Origin: Octopus vulgaris
Taxonomy: Eukaryota
Reading direction: 5' to 3'
Length of the DNA: 64,000 bases
NCBI GenBank assembly: GCA_951406725.2
Contig: OX597826.1
Span: 55,304,001-55,368,000 of the forward strand
The notes under the pieces are model-generated. The model had not been told where the DNA came from, did no database searches, and worked only from the letters and a program-made list of their open reading frames with translations. Below, piece by piece: positions 45,840 to 58,331 of this stretch. Within the stretch, counting starts at the first letter, position 1. Each line of letters begins with the position of its first letter. A program made the translations under genes and the position numbers.

Positions 45840-46584
45840 TACAGTCTCTCTCTTTCTCTCTTTCTCTTTCAATTTCCTTCTCTCTCGTCGTGTGTCACTC
45901 CCAGTCTTTCTTTTCAATAAAAAGTGAGAACAAATATTTTGCCATATATATAAAAGAGAAATCTCTCTCTCTCTCTTTCTTTTTTTGTTTTCTCCAGTCT
46001 TTCCTTCTCTTTTTTCTCTCTCTTGAAAAATAAAGAGCGAGAGAAAGAGAGGAGAGAGAGAAATATTTCCTAACATCTATGAAGTAGAAACATAATGTTA
46101 CTCTTTTTTCTCTACTCCTCTCTCTCTTTCTCTCTGCTCCTATCTCTCTTTCTGCTCCTCTCTCTCATCCTCCTCTCTCTCTGCTCTTCTGTCGCACTGT
46201 CTTTACTCACCCCTTTCTTTCTATCTCTATGTCTTCCGCAGTCTTTCTTTCCTTCAAAATAAAACAGAATCAGCTATTTATTTTATTATATACAAATACA
46301 ATCTCCTCCTGCTTTCACTCTCTCTCTCTCTCTCTTTCGTTCTTTCTCTCTCTCTCTCTCTCCCTGTCTTCTTCAGCCATTCCCTCTTTCGTCATCTCTC
46401 TACAAAAACAAAAACAGAAAGAGAAAGAAAGGCAGAGAAAGAAATATTTTACAATATATATACATGAGAAAGAAATACAATGTTTCTCTGCATTACTTTA
46501 TCTACCTGTCTCGTTTCCTCCCTTTATTTATCTCTGATCCTGCTTATGATTCTGCATTCACCTCTCATCTCTCTCTTCCTCGTT

Positions 46585-46624
<40 letters not shown>

Positions 46625-46730
46625 CCCTTCTCTATATTTCTGTAACTCTTGCTGTTCTCCTCCCTGTAACTTTCTTCATGTTCTTGTCCAACTGTATCTC
46701 CTCCCTCTCCCCCCTTATCTGCCCTACTCC

Positions 46731-46770
<40 letters not shown>

Positions 46771-46810
46771 TCCTTCCTTCTTTCTTTCTTTTTCTTTCAT
46801 TTCTACTCCA
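45840..46810. repeat. Extended polypyrimidine/polypurine tracts ((CT)n, (CTTT)n)
   Basis: Direct inspection. Confidence 0.85.
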
Positions 46811-46816
46811 AGGCAG

Positions 46817-46843
46817 CTTGCTAATGAGCGAAATTATGATATC
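46817..46843 (+). CDS. Candidate 27-nt microexon of an unidentified host gene
   Basis: Long pyrimidine tract, ...ctactccaaggcAG acceptor, 27 nt (LANERNYDI in phase 0), donor GTACGT, and a UG-rich stretch plus GCATG downstream. Confidence 0.42.
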
Positions 46844-47282
46844 GTACGTTGTGCGTGCGCTTGTGTGATTGTGTTTGTCTTTGTGTGTGTGTGAGAGAGA
46901 GAGAGAGAAAGAGAGAAAGAACGCATGTGGGATAGGGGTAGATGAACAATCAGTTAGATAGACACTGACACGTAAAGACTCGCATATATGTCACAGTCCA
47001 TATATTGATCTCAGTACGTGACTGGTATTTACTTTAACAAACACTGAATCATAAATGACAACTATCGATGTAAGCTTCAAAATCAGATAGTATATAGACG
47101 TGGCTAATGGCTGCAAATCATTTTACTCAGATTTCAAATTCTATTATTCCATAGACTTCAAAACCACCCTAATGATGGCGGTATGATTCTTGCAGAATCC
47201 CTTTAAGAATTGTGATGTGATTCTTTATTTCAAAATGCTGAGGTAAAAATCTTCGAAAAATCTGTACCGTGGAATCTATTAT

Positions 47283-48330
47283 TGGTTTCAAATTTTGGCA
47301 CAAGGCTAGCCGTTTCTAAAAAGGGGATTAAGTGGGTTACATCAACCTTAGTGTTCCATCCATATTTATTTTATCGACCCCGTAAGAATGAAACGCAAAG
47401 TTAACTTCGGCGGAATTTGAACTCAGAACGTGAAGACGGACAAAATAACGCTAAGAATTCTGCCCGGCATGCTAACGATTCTGTCAGCTCATCGTCCCAA
47501 TGGAATTTATTATTGGTTCAATATATTCTATCTCCAATTATTGCTAAAATGAATGAATTGTAAATGAAGTCAATAAACCACATATTTCTGATATATTTTG
47601 AAATTTTTATGTATTTATTTATCTCATTGTTAAACTATTCTGCCAATATTAATTTTTTGTAAGGCGGCGAGCGGGCAGAACCATTAGCATGCCGGACAAA
47701 ATGATAAGCAGCATTTAGTCTGTCTTTATTTTCTGAGTTCAAAATCCACTGAGATTGACTTTTTATCTTTCATCATTTCAGAGTCGATAAATTAAGTACT
47801 AGGGGTCGATGTCATCGACTTGCTCATCTCCACCGAAATTTCAAGACTTGTGCAAAAATTTGAACCAATATAAATTCTTTGTCATATCAATAGTTCCTAA
47901 TAAAGATATAATAAGTGAAATTCAGGGTAAGTGGGTGGATTAGATAAGATTTACCCCCACCCACATAAGATTGAGTGGAGTTTATTTTTATCAAATGCGA
48001 TGGCATGAAAAGCTTTGGTGAGAGCTGAACTCAGGACGTAAGGAACCAGAACAAATAACGAAAAGAAGTTTTTCAGACGCTGTAACGATTCTGCCATCAC
48101 GACGCCTTGTTACGACCGTCAATCTTTTCTACAACAGGCACAAGACCTGAAATTTTAATTTTGGGGAGGCGAAGGTTGGGGATGGATGGGGGTTGTCAAT
48201 TGCTTCAGGACTCCAGTCTTTGATTGGTACATATTTCATCGTGCTCCCACGCCCCGCCCGAAAGGATGATAACCAAAGTCGACCTCAGCGGAAATTGAAC
48301 TCAGAACATAAAGACAAACGAAATACCACG
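47283..48330. mobile_element. Cluster of four older SINE B copies
   Basis: 47283-47495 (-), 47662-47870 (+), 47920-48110 (-), 48125-48330 (-). Two show ~19-bp imperfect TSDs. Confidence 0.82.
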
Positions 48331-49219
48331 AATATATGTTTGCGTGTGTGTGTGTATGGATCTCTGTCTGTCTGTCTCTGTCTCTCTGTCTCTATCTGTC
48401 TGTCCGTCTCTCTGCCTTTCTCCCTCTCTCTCTATATATATATACATACAATAATTCCCACGGTGGTGCTCCAGTATGACCGCAGCTACATGACTGAAAA
48501 GAGTAAAAGAATAAAAGAATATATACTCACACATACGCATACACACCATATATCTATACATGTATATATGTGTGTGTGTTCGTGTGTGTGTATGTATATA
48601 TATATATATATATATGTTTGCGTCTGTATGCATGTTATGTATTCATATAAGTATATATTAACATTTGCTATATATATATATATATACCCACTAGGAAAAC
48701 CGATGGCAAATGACGAAAATGTTTTATGGATACTTGCCTGTATAATACATTAACCTACATTCTGAATTCCGATAATCTGTGTTTAATGTAAACCTCGTAT
48801 TGCTAACGTTCGCACTAATCGCCGACTGGTCACCACTAGTGATCGACTTCCAACAAAGCATACGTGAAACCAACATAAGCAAAATTCTCAATCCTCCTCC
48901 GTTCTCCTCCTTAAATTTAGATAAAAAGAGAAACAAAAATATGGAAGAAAACAACGCTTAACCGTTAGTACAAATGAAATATCATATCCTCCTTCCCATA
49001 GTAAAAAAACAGGGAATAATTTCAATTGGATGTATAATAAATGGTGCGAAAAATGGGGCGTGAAAAATGAAGCGCTGCAAGAAACAAATGAACCAGTTTA
49101 TGGTAAACATGGAGATATCTCTAGTGACACAAACGAAAGAAGAACGAAAACAATGAAAAAAAGAAACAAAAAAACACTTCAACGGAACAGAAATATATCT
49201 ACATAATTCAGGCATTTCT

Positions 49220-49378
<159 letters not shown>

Positions 49379-49744
49379 TGTATTTGTTTTATTATTTTTA
49401 TCTCTTTTATTAGTTTCACAGCTATGCTTCGTCTCCGAGGAGAGGCTACCACAACTGTACACATATAATTTTCAGAGACATAATGACTCGATCGAAGAAG
49501 CTTATACCGAGATAATCCTCTCAAGGTTGGAAACATGTGTGTTTCAATTTTTCTCCTATTTGAATTTAAATACACCATCTGCCCTATCTGCATCATTTGG
49601 TTTTTTTTTTAAATTTTATAAAACATTACTTCTCAAGCTTTATTAAAAATTTTTAATTGAGTCCTCATCTTTTACAAACACTTTTTGAGCTCCCTCTTGA
49701 TGTGATTCAACTCTGTTCTCTTCCATTATTTTTAATGTCTGTAA

Positions 49745-50306
49745 AGCGGCGAGCTGGCAGAATCGTTAGCGCACCTGATGAAATGCTTAGCGGTATTTCG
49801 TCTGTCTCTACGTTCTGAGTTCAAATTCCGCCGAAGTCGATTTTGCCTTTCGTCCTTTCGGGGTCGATTAAATATGTACCGGTCACGCACTGGGGTCGAT
49901 ATAATCGACTTAATCCGTTTGTCTGTCCTTGTTTGTCCTCTCTGTGTTTAGCCCCTTGTGGGTAGTAAAGAAATAGGTATTTCTCTAGTCGCTACGTTCT
50001 GATTCCAAATTCCGCCGAGGTCGACATTGCCTTTCATCCTTTCGGGGTCGATTAAATGATTACCAGTTACGCACTGGGGTCTATATAATCGACTTAATCT
50101 ATTTGTCTGTCCTTGTTTGTCCTCTCTGTGTTTAGCCTCTTGTGGGTAGTAAAGAAATAGGTATTTCGTTCAAATTCCGCCGAGGTCGACTTTACCTTTT
50201 ATCATTCCGGGGTCGATAAAATAAGTACCAGTTGAACACTGGCGTCGATGTAATCGAATCATCTTCTCCCCCAAACGTATTGCTCTTGATGCAAAATTTG
50301 AAACCA
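49745..50306 (+). mobile_element. Nested or tandem triple SINE B
   Basis: One head, three cores, two young tails and one old tail. Whole array flanked by a 21-bp TSD (49723-49743 / 50304-50324, two mismatches). Confidence 0.9.
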
Positions 50307-50414
50307 TTATTTCTAATGTCCGTACATGCAATATCAGGCCAGAGTAATTAAATTCAGAGGCACTTGTTCGACGCCTGTGACTACTTATGGCAGCACCAAT
50401 CCTAATATAGACTT

Positions 50415-50708
50415 ACATTCCGTCGGCTACGACGACGAGGGTTCGAAATGATCCGATCATCGGAACGGTCTGCCCCTGAGCACCCCACAGACATGGGTAA
50501 CCTTAATGTAGTTCTCAGGGAGATTTGGCGACACGAAATGTGAAAAGGCTAGCCCATTGAAATACAGGTCCTACTGACTTTTGTTAGCTGAGAGAACTAG
50601 AGCAACGTGAAAGAAAGTGTCTTCCTCAAGGACACAAGGCACCGCCGGGAATCGAACTCAGAACCTTACGATCTTGAGCCAAATACTCTGACCACTAAGC
50701 CACGCACT
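50415..50708 (-). mobile_element. tRNA-derived CORE-like SINE (family C variant)
   Basis: Reverse head gtggcttagtggt...gagttcgattccc followed by gtgtccttgaggaagacactttctttcacgttgctctag. Confidence 0.75.
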
Positions 50709-51759
50709 TTCACGAATCCTAATATACTCGACTACTATCAGCATAGATGGTACGTATTCGTTTGTGTTTATTCTCTTATTCAAATTTCCATGTTTGTTTA
50801 TAGTTATTAGAAGCAGTGGTTCTTAAAACATATTTGTGTGCAGTCGTATTTAACACTGAAGTGTGAGAAGATCTTTGCTGCGAAAACTCTCAGGAGAGAA
50901 ATTCTTATAGACAATGCAAGTGAAAACACGCCGCTCCGAGATGAGAATGACGCCATCGGAATGTAGGATACATGTTCCTTCTTCGTTATGTTTCCTAATT
51001 TACATGCACCGCAACTGTTGACCATGACCCACTAAGAACTGTCGTTCTCCCTTGAGAACAGCAAATAATAAATTTGCTGAAGCGTGTTGAATCTATCAAC
51101 CGGTTTACCATAATATTATATTTAATTATTTTAATTAATATTTAAAAAGTAGTCAGGAGCTAAATACACTTCTACCATACAGCTCCATGTTTGGCACTGG
51201 GTTATGCATTTAGGTGTATTATAAATAATTATACTGACCCAATGTTTTAACTGCTATAGGGAAAGTATCTGAAGGCGTTGGCACATGTTAGAAAATATTT
51301 CTGTGGGTCAGTACAATTCGATCAACAAATCATCCATCCATGGCCATTCCATCTTTATGTTTAATTTGTTATTATTATTATTTTATTTATCCAACAATTC
51401 CTGAAAAAGCTAATATAGTAAACGAGGAAGATGTGGCAATCATTTCTTGCTGATCATAAACAAGGTGTTTACTTGTTAACTCTTAATCTGCATAAGATAT
51501 GACCTAAAACACCACAGTAAAAAAAATTAACTGTCTAATGCAAATAAAAGATATTGCAACATTTACAAAAGAAACCCATCAAAGTTACGACTTTACACAA
51601 ATAATAACACTGACTTGAAGATGATGCAAACAAGAAGTTCTTTTATTTCCCTTCTCAATGCCACATTGCAGCAGAGAATACATTAAAAACTAAACACTTC
51701 ACACAGAACATTGATCCTTGTAAGTTAAACTGAAAAGCATAAAAATCAAAATTAAAATA

Positions 51760-52090
51760 AAAATCCTGTAATACAATATTAACGGCATTAAAAACACATT
51801 TATAGAACTAAAAGACTTTGTCATTCTACACGACATCCCGATAGTTGTATTACAGGAAACATTCTTACAACTAGAATAACTAATGTGTGAAATTTTACTC
51901 AAAGTAGATAGAACAGGTTCTTTCTCTGCGACACTAAACACAAACCAATCTCAACATACAGAGATCACAAATGACATTTGTAAAATAACAGTGAACATTA
52001 ATAGACTAAAAAAAAAGCAAGATTTCAAACTATAGACCAGCAACACGAACTCCATTGATATGTAATAAACACACGAACATATATGTATGA

Positions 52091-52136
<46 letters not shown>

Positions 52137-53140
52137 GCATTCACAGTAGAACATACACACACAAGCAGACACAAACACAAACACATATGTATGTATATGT
52201 GTGTGTGTGTGTGTGTGTATACACACTCGACTGCAAAACTTTAACATTCACAAACACGAACACTATGCAACTTGTTTTTTTTTTAAGCAGTAAAGGTTAA
52301 AGAACCCCACTTCGGTCACGAATGACCATAGGCTTGCACCTAGAAAGCCTCCCTCCGAGGCACAAGTCCTCGGCAAGGTTGTTTTAGGAGAGACCAACAG
52401 CCACTCAGGATACCAGCCTCATCTGTTCATGCCACCGATGTTGTCCGAGGGAAAGGCAAATGCTGCCACCCCTTGGCACCAGTGATGTCGCGACTCATTC
52501 CTACAACTCAGTGAACTGGAGTAACGTAAGATAAATATCTTGCTCAAGAACACAACACACAGCCCGGTCCGGAAATCGAATTCACAATCATATCATTGTA
52601 AACCCGACGATTTAATCACCGATCCATGCGCTATCACTGAATTATTACACTTAACAACATAAGTAATATTATATATCATCACAACTAAATCCTTTCACAT
52701 TTCAAGCAATCCATGCGCACAGACCTCTTTTAGCCAACCCTGGCATCCCTTTCCCCGACATTATATTGCGCTCCATTCAGCTAGCTACTAAAACTAAAGT
52801 TGGTAAAAAGCTTCTCGGTTTCTCTCAGACCAGCTATTAATTATAACAAAATACTTGGACAGGAATGAATAAAACAAAGACGTTTTTAGAAACTTCAAAC
52901 GAGTTCTATCAAGAACAGGAACAAGGTTTTTCATAATTCAGAAACTCCATAATAACCAACATACGAACTGAAATATGTTCTGCAAAATAATTATAGACAC
53001 ACTTGGAAAAAATATCACAAGAGACAACATAAAACATAAAACCTACAACCCCAATTTACACACCAGAAATTGCCAGTCTCATAAAAAAAAATCAGAGATG
53101 ACGTTAAATACAATACACCAAAACTACACACAACGGAACA
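51760..53140 (+). pseudogene. Decayed Jockey/I-like LINE endonuclease region, split by a microsatellite and a SINE
   Basis: IL*YNINGIKNTFIELKDFVILHDIPIVVLQETFL (APE start) at ~51762; FPDIILRS and SDQLLII (SDHLPI equivalent) at ~52750-52845; then FCKIIID...YNPN..PEIASLIKK. Confidence 0.75.
52292..52632 (-). mobile_element. tRNA-derived CORE-like SINE (family C; resembles octopus OR2-type)
   Basis: Reverse B box gaattcgatttcc and CORE-like gtgttcttgagcaagata...ctccagttcactgagttgtaggaatgagt. Related copy at 57350-57628. Confidence 0.8.
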
Positions 53141-53151
53141 AAATGATGATG

Positions 53152-53183
<32 letters not shown>

Positions 53184-53187
53184 AATG

Positions 53188-53249
<62 letters not shown>

Positions 53250-53253
<4 letters not shown>

Positions 53254-54370
53254 GTAAATCATAGAAAAACAGGAAAACTGACAAAACCTTATATGTTTTA
53301 TATCAACCATAATGCTAAAAGGAAAAAAATCTGTATACAGTAATTAGTATTATCGTCAACAAGAATTATCACATTACACCTTCTTTCATAATAACAATCT
53401 CAAATGATATACCTACAATGTAATATCAGGCAAACGAATGATATACCTACGACTTTTTGTGGAAGACATTTTCTGGAAATTAACTACAACAGAGAATAAT
53501 AAATAATGAACAAAAAAAAAACAGGCAGTATATATTTGTAGTAATCCAAATATATGCCTGTATCAATATACCACGATTTGGTTCCGTTCCTTCTGTCAGA
53601 CACCCTAAAAGAAAGGGAAATCTAGAAAGTAAAAGGACTGAAGACCAGTCAAAACTCGAATCAGACACATACATCTAAAGCATCAAGGTTTCCAAGAAAT
53701 CAATCACCAACACTTATAGCTCTTCGTACCAACAGTCATTTTCACAGAATCTAGAAGCTGGTTAAAATAAATGTAATTCTGAAAGCAAAATTAAATAATA
53801 CCACATAGGATCATTTCCATTTTCTTCATTGTACATTCCCAAATTTCTAGATAAACCAAATTTTACCATCAATATCGCCCATTTGCTTCTCCAAATAACA
53901 ATTTCCATTCGGATCACAAAACTAAACCACAACGCAACGCATAAAACTAACAGGTAGTCTCGCAATAAAAAAGACCTCCCGTAGATGTAACTCATGGAAA
54001 TCAGCCAAACCATGTTACCATTCAACAGTATCTGTATTTACAAATAAATGAATAAATAAATAAACAAGAAAATAAATATATAAAATAAACAGTACCAACC
54101 AAGAAAGAAAAATCAAAATTAAAAAAAGAATTATCTATTTTGTTGCATCTCTGGCCGCCAAAGCCTTTATCGGGTACAAGAACAGTACTTCCAAAAGTTG
54201 CAATTTTTCGAATGTCGTACAACATCGATCCACTTTGTTACGCAGCCTTTTCCAGCAATATATCCACCTATTCCCCACATGTTTTCAAGTATTACAACGG
54301 TGATAAAATTATTCACAAATCTTACCAGGACTCTCCAGACTACAAAACAGAACAACAACTCCAGCACTAG
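53250..54370 (+). pseudogene. Heavily decayed Penelope-like RT/GIY-YIG remnant
   Basis: tgtatcaatataccacgatttgg resembles LYTNIPHD.G; IIYFVAS../SLY/IG/TRTVL resembles IY...C.GC...YIG.T...L. Confidence 0.5.
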
Positions 54371-54748
54371 TACTTAAGTCATCCCGAAACTTAGTTCCAA
54401 CAAAAAAAAAAAAAAACATAAAGAAGTAAATTTCTCATCCGCTGAGTCCCTTGTCCGCAATTTAACAAACACGCACTACAACCAATCCTTACGCATATAA
54501 ACATAATTTGTAATTTTGACAAGAGGCCAGTAATTTTGAGGAGAGGAAGTAAAGTCGAATGTATCGAGCCAGTACTTCTAGTGACCTCGAAATGATGAAA
54601 GGCAAAGAGGATTTCGGTTGAATTTGAACTCAGAACATAAAGAGCCAGAAGAAAAGCCACTAAGCATTTTGTTCAAGACGTTAACGCTTCCCGTGCTCTA
54701 ATATTAAAATAGATAAACCACACACACACAAAAATAAATATATACAAA

Positions 54749-56166
54749 CTAGCAGTATAACCCGGCCTTGCCCGGGATTAAGTTACGATTATTAAGCTAA
54801 TCAAGTTCTTTATTTCAAACCAAACTAAGTAATATCGACGTCAAATTTGGGCAAAATCCGTTGAAATTGGTTATATTATATATATATATATATATTATAT
54901 ATATATAATATAATATAAATATATGTGGGCAACAGAAATGAACACACATGTACGTACGTACACCTATTGCATGTTTTGTGCATGCATACATGTTCATAAA
55001 CAGAAATGAATGGAAAGTAATGTGTGTGAGAGAGAGGGGGAGAAAGATGAAAGATTTAAAATATATAAATGATTTAAAATAAATATATTATAATTGTTGT
55101 GAGAGTATATATACTATGATTATAAAATATAGTGTCTTTCAAAAACATCCTAAATTTGAACACTGTATCTCGTGTTTAAGAAAAGGCAAAACATTTTACG
55201 TTTTATATTTTTGGGGAAAATTTTCGAAAAACATTTCAAAAATTTTTGGGCAAAATTTTCGAAAAACTTTTCAAAAATTTTTCAAAAATTTTTCAAAAAT
55301 TTTTGGGGTAAATTTTCAAAACATTTTCAAAAAATTTATTTTTAATTTTTGAGGAAAATTTTTAAAAATTCTTCAAAATTTTTGGGGAAAATTTTTTGAA
55401 AATTTCCCCCCCGAAATTTTTGAAACGTTTTTCGAAAATTTTTTCCAGTTTTAGAAAATTTTTTGAAAATTTTCCTCAAAAAGTTTTTAAAAATTTTTGG
55501 GGAAAATTTTTGGTGGTAATTTTCAAAAAATTTTTGAAAATTTTTGGGGGAAAAAAACTCTTGAGGAAAATTTTCAAAAAATGTTTCAAAAATTTTTGGG
55601 CAAAATTTTCGAAAAACTTTTCAAAAATTTTTGGGCAAAATTTTCGAAAAACTTTTCAAAAATTTTAGGGGGAAATTTTCAAAAAATTTTTGAGAATTTT
55701 TGGGGAAAACTTTTGAGGAAAATTTTCAAAAAATTTTTCAAAAATCTTTGGGCAAAATTTTCGAAAAACTTTTCAAAAATTTGGGGGGAAAATTTTTGGT
55801 GAAAATTTTCAAAAAATTTTTCAAAAATTTTTGAGGAAAATTTTCGAAACATTTTTCAAAAATTTTTGAAAATTTTACCAAAAAATTTTTCTCTAGAACT
55901 TTTGAAAAAATTTTTTCCCCAAAAACTTATCGAAAATTTTCGAAAAAGTAATAGCTTACAGGTATAATAACTTGTCCTGTACTTATCGGCTTTATAATCT
56001 TAAAAATCTTATTTTTCATGCTTGCATTTTTCCATGCAATCCATGAATTTGGCAGACGTTGCTGTTATAAGATAAGTAATAATGTGTCAATAATTTAAGA
56101 TTTTACCTTAGAGAAACACACAGACAGACAGATAGACACACATTCTTAGTTTTATATATATAGAGA
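54749..56166 (-). mobile_element. Non-autonomous Helitron
   Basis: Minus strand starts A|TCTCTATATATATAAAA followed by a (CTGT)n-like stretch. It ends with hairpin cccgggcaaggccggg (54761-54776), 8 nt, then CTAG|T. AT target, no TSD. Confidence 0.88.
55205..55950. repeat. Phased An/Tn-tract satellite inside the Helitron
   Basis: aaaatttt-type units every ~10-12 bp; higher-order ~33-bp unit tttgggcaaaattttcgaaaaacttttcaaaaa seen four times. Confidence 0.9.
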
Positions 56167-56169
56167 TAT

Positions 56170-56790
56170 TCGTTTCTACTCTAGGCCCAAGGTGTGAAAT
56201 TTTGGAGGAGGGGCCAATCGATTAGATCGACCTCAGTACGGAACTGGTTCTTAATTTATCGACCCCGAAAGGATGAAAGGCAAAGTCGACCTCGGCGAAA
56301 TTTGAACTCAGAACGTAGAAACAGACGAAATACCACTAAGCATTGCGCCCGGCGTGCTAACGTTTCTGCCAGCTCGCCGCCTTAAAGAGCCTTTTCCACT
56401 CTAAGCACAAAGCCCGATGTTTGGGTATGCAGGGGCCAGTCTAGTAGATTGACCCCAGTATGCAACTTGTACTTAATTTATCGACCCCGAAAGGATCAAG
56501 GGCAAAGTCCACCTCGGCAGAATTTGAACTCAGAAAGTAGACACAGACGAAATACCTATTTCTTTACTACCCACAAGGGGCTAAACACAGAGGAGACGAA
56601 CAAGGACAGACGAACGGATTAAGTCGATTACATCGACCTCAGTGTGTAACTGGTGCTTAATTTATCGACCCCGAAAGGATGAAAGGCAAAGTCGACCTCA
56701 GCGGATTTTGAACTCAGAACGTAACGGCAGACGAAATACGGCTACGCATTTCGCCCGGCGTGCTAACGTTTCTGCCAGCTCACCGTCTTA
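56170..56790 (-). mobile_element. Three SINE B copies in tandem or nested
   Basis: Three reverse cores atcgaccccgaaaggat..aggcaaagtc.acctc; heads at ~56383 and ~56788. Confidence 0.9.
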
Positions 56791-56924
56791 CAAACTATAC
56801 AAATATTAAGAGGTAAATGCAACTGCAAGACATTAATATGTATACATGACATAGCACAGAAAGTAAAGTGATGTATAAACGTAGAGAAATGAAAGAAATA
56901 TACTGTTTTTAACCATAATCAAGA

Positions 56925-57320
56925 CACTGCAACGACGATCTACAGAAAATACACTAGATGCATCTTGAATTATGCTTATGCTAGCTGGGACTTCGATTTT
57001 TCCATAACAGGTTCCAGTAAACTAAAAGCAACACAAACCATACTATATGTATTGAGAGACGTTATGCACAAGGTGCATACAGCAACGTTGTTCAACGAGA
57101 ATACTAAAATTCTAAGGCAGGGCATGCGGGGCCCACGATTTGTGCCCGCAGTGAGTTTGAATTCCTTAGGTCCTGTTGCTGCACCCTCAGTAAACATGAA
57201 CTTAAAATATATATAGAAGCGTCTTAAAGTAATCTGGTTCCACAAAGCATGATGAATATACAGACATAGGAAAACCCAGCAAGTAAATATCTTAACTGGT
57301 TTCGAAACTGTCCTGGGATG
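56925..57320 (+). pseudogene. Possible CR1/L2-type LINE C-terminal remnant
   Basis: NYAYASWDFDFSITGSSKLKATQ resembles DYAC.SW...L.....KLQ..QN. Degenerate. Confidence 0.4.
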
Positions 57321-57349
57321 TATAGCGCGTAGAACAAGTAAAAGTAAAG

Positions 57350-57628
57350 ATGCCTTTCGATTAAGAATGTACATGGGATTGCAAATCCGAAAAATGTTGT
57401 TTGTGGAAGACCGGCAGTCACCCATGAGTACCAGTCTCTCTCTCTCTCCACGCCTCAGATATCCAAGGGAAAGGTAGAGACCAATATAGCTTGGCACCAG
57501 TGACGTCGCAACTCATTTCTACAGATGAGTAACTGGAGTAATGTGAAGAACACACGTCCCCGTCCATGAATCGAACTCACAACCACGCGATTATAAGCCC
57601 GATACGCTAATCACTGAGCCACGCGCTT
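57350..57628 (-). mobile_element. CORE-like SINE family C copy
   Basis: Collinear with 52292-52632 (cttggcaccagtgacgtcgcaactcatttctacag...aatcgaactcacaacc). Confidence 0.8.
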
Positions 57629-57714
57629 TCAGAACGCGTAAAACAAATGCGAAGAAATAGCAACAGTTGAAAAATAAAATAATTACGGAAAATTTATTTT
57701 AAACTTCAAACTAG

Positions 57715-58331
57715 GGATCTTTACCTTTTGATGTACAGATTTTAAAAAATTATTTTTTGTAACTAAACACTTTCACTGGTAGAATGTGTCATATAAAACA
57801 TGTTTTACTCTTAGCACTTTTGAGAAAATGTTTCACCTTAAATTTCTCGTATTTCGGTAATTTCAACCAATCAATGTGTATTCAGCTGAATAAAATTACT
57901 GCCGTTGTTTGTCAACAACAACTATCGGCGGTGTATTTTTCGTTTGTCACTGATATTTATGACATCGTGTGTGCGTTTGTACTGGTTTTAAGGTTTTAGG
58001 GTTAGGGTTTGGGTCTTAGGGTTAGGGTTAGGATTTTATGGTTAGAGTTGTCATAAATAACAGTGACAAACGAAATATACACCACCGGAAGTTCTTTGTT
58101 GACAAACAACAACAGTAATTTTATTCAGCTGAATACACGTCCTTCATTGGTTGAAATTTCCGAAATACGAGACATTTAAGGTGAAATATCTTCGTAAATA
58201 TAAGTTTTTCTCAGAAATGCTAAGAGTAAAACATGTTTTATGTGACACATTCTACCGGTGCACGACGTTTGCAAGTGTTTAGTTACGAAAAATTATTTTT
58301 TAAAAATCTGTAGGTCAAAAGGTAAAGATCC
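57715..58331. mobile_element. Foldback MITE with ~250-bp TIRs, 8-bp TSD and a telomeric-repeat loop (Merlin-like by termini)
   Basis: Termini GGATCTTTACCTTTTGA / TCAAAAGGTAAAGATCC; TSD caaactag at 57707-57714 and 58332-58339; degenerate (TTAGGG)n at ~57985-58048. Confidence 0.92.

Noticed and set aside
49745-50306. Regularly repeated units superficially like a CRISPR array
   Set aside because: Units are SINE cores and tails of over 100 bp in eukaryotic DNA, with no unique spacers or cas genes.
50814-51063. Possible hAT MITE (cagtggttcttaa ... ttgagaacagc); similar single end near 13445-13458
   Set aside because: TIR match is too short and no 8-bp TSD is seen.
55116-55802. K/F/N-rich ORFs
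   Set aside because: Translation of the An/Tn satellite inside the Helitron.
57985-58048. TTAGGG repeats as a telomere or chromosome-fusion scar
   Set aside because: Short, degenerate and enclosed by the TIRs and TSD of a MITE.
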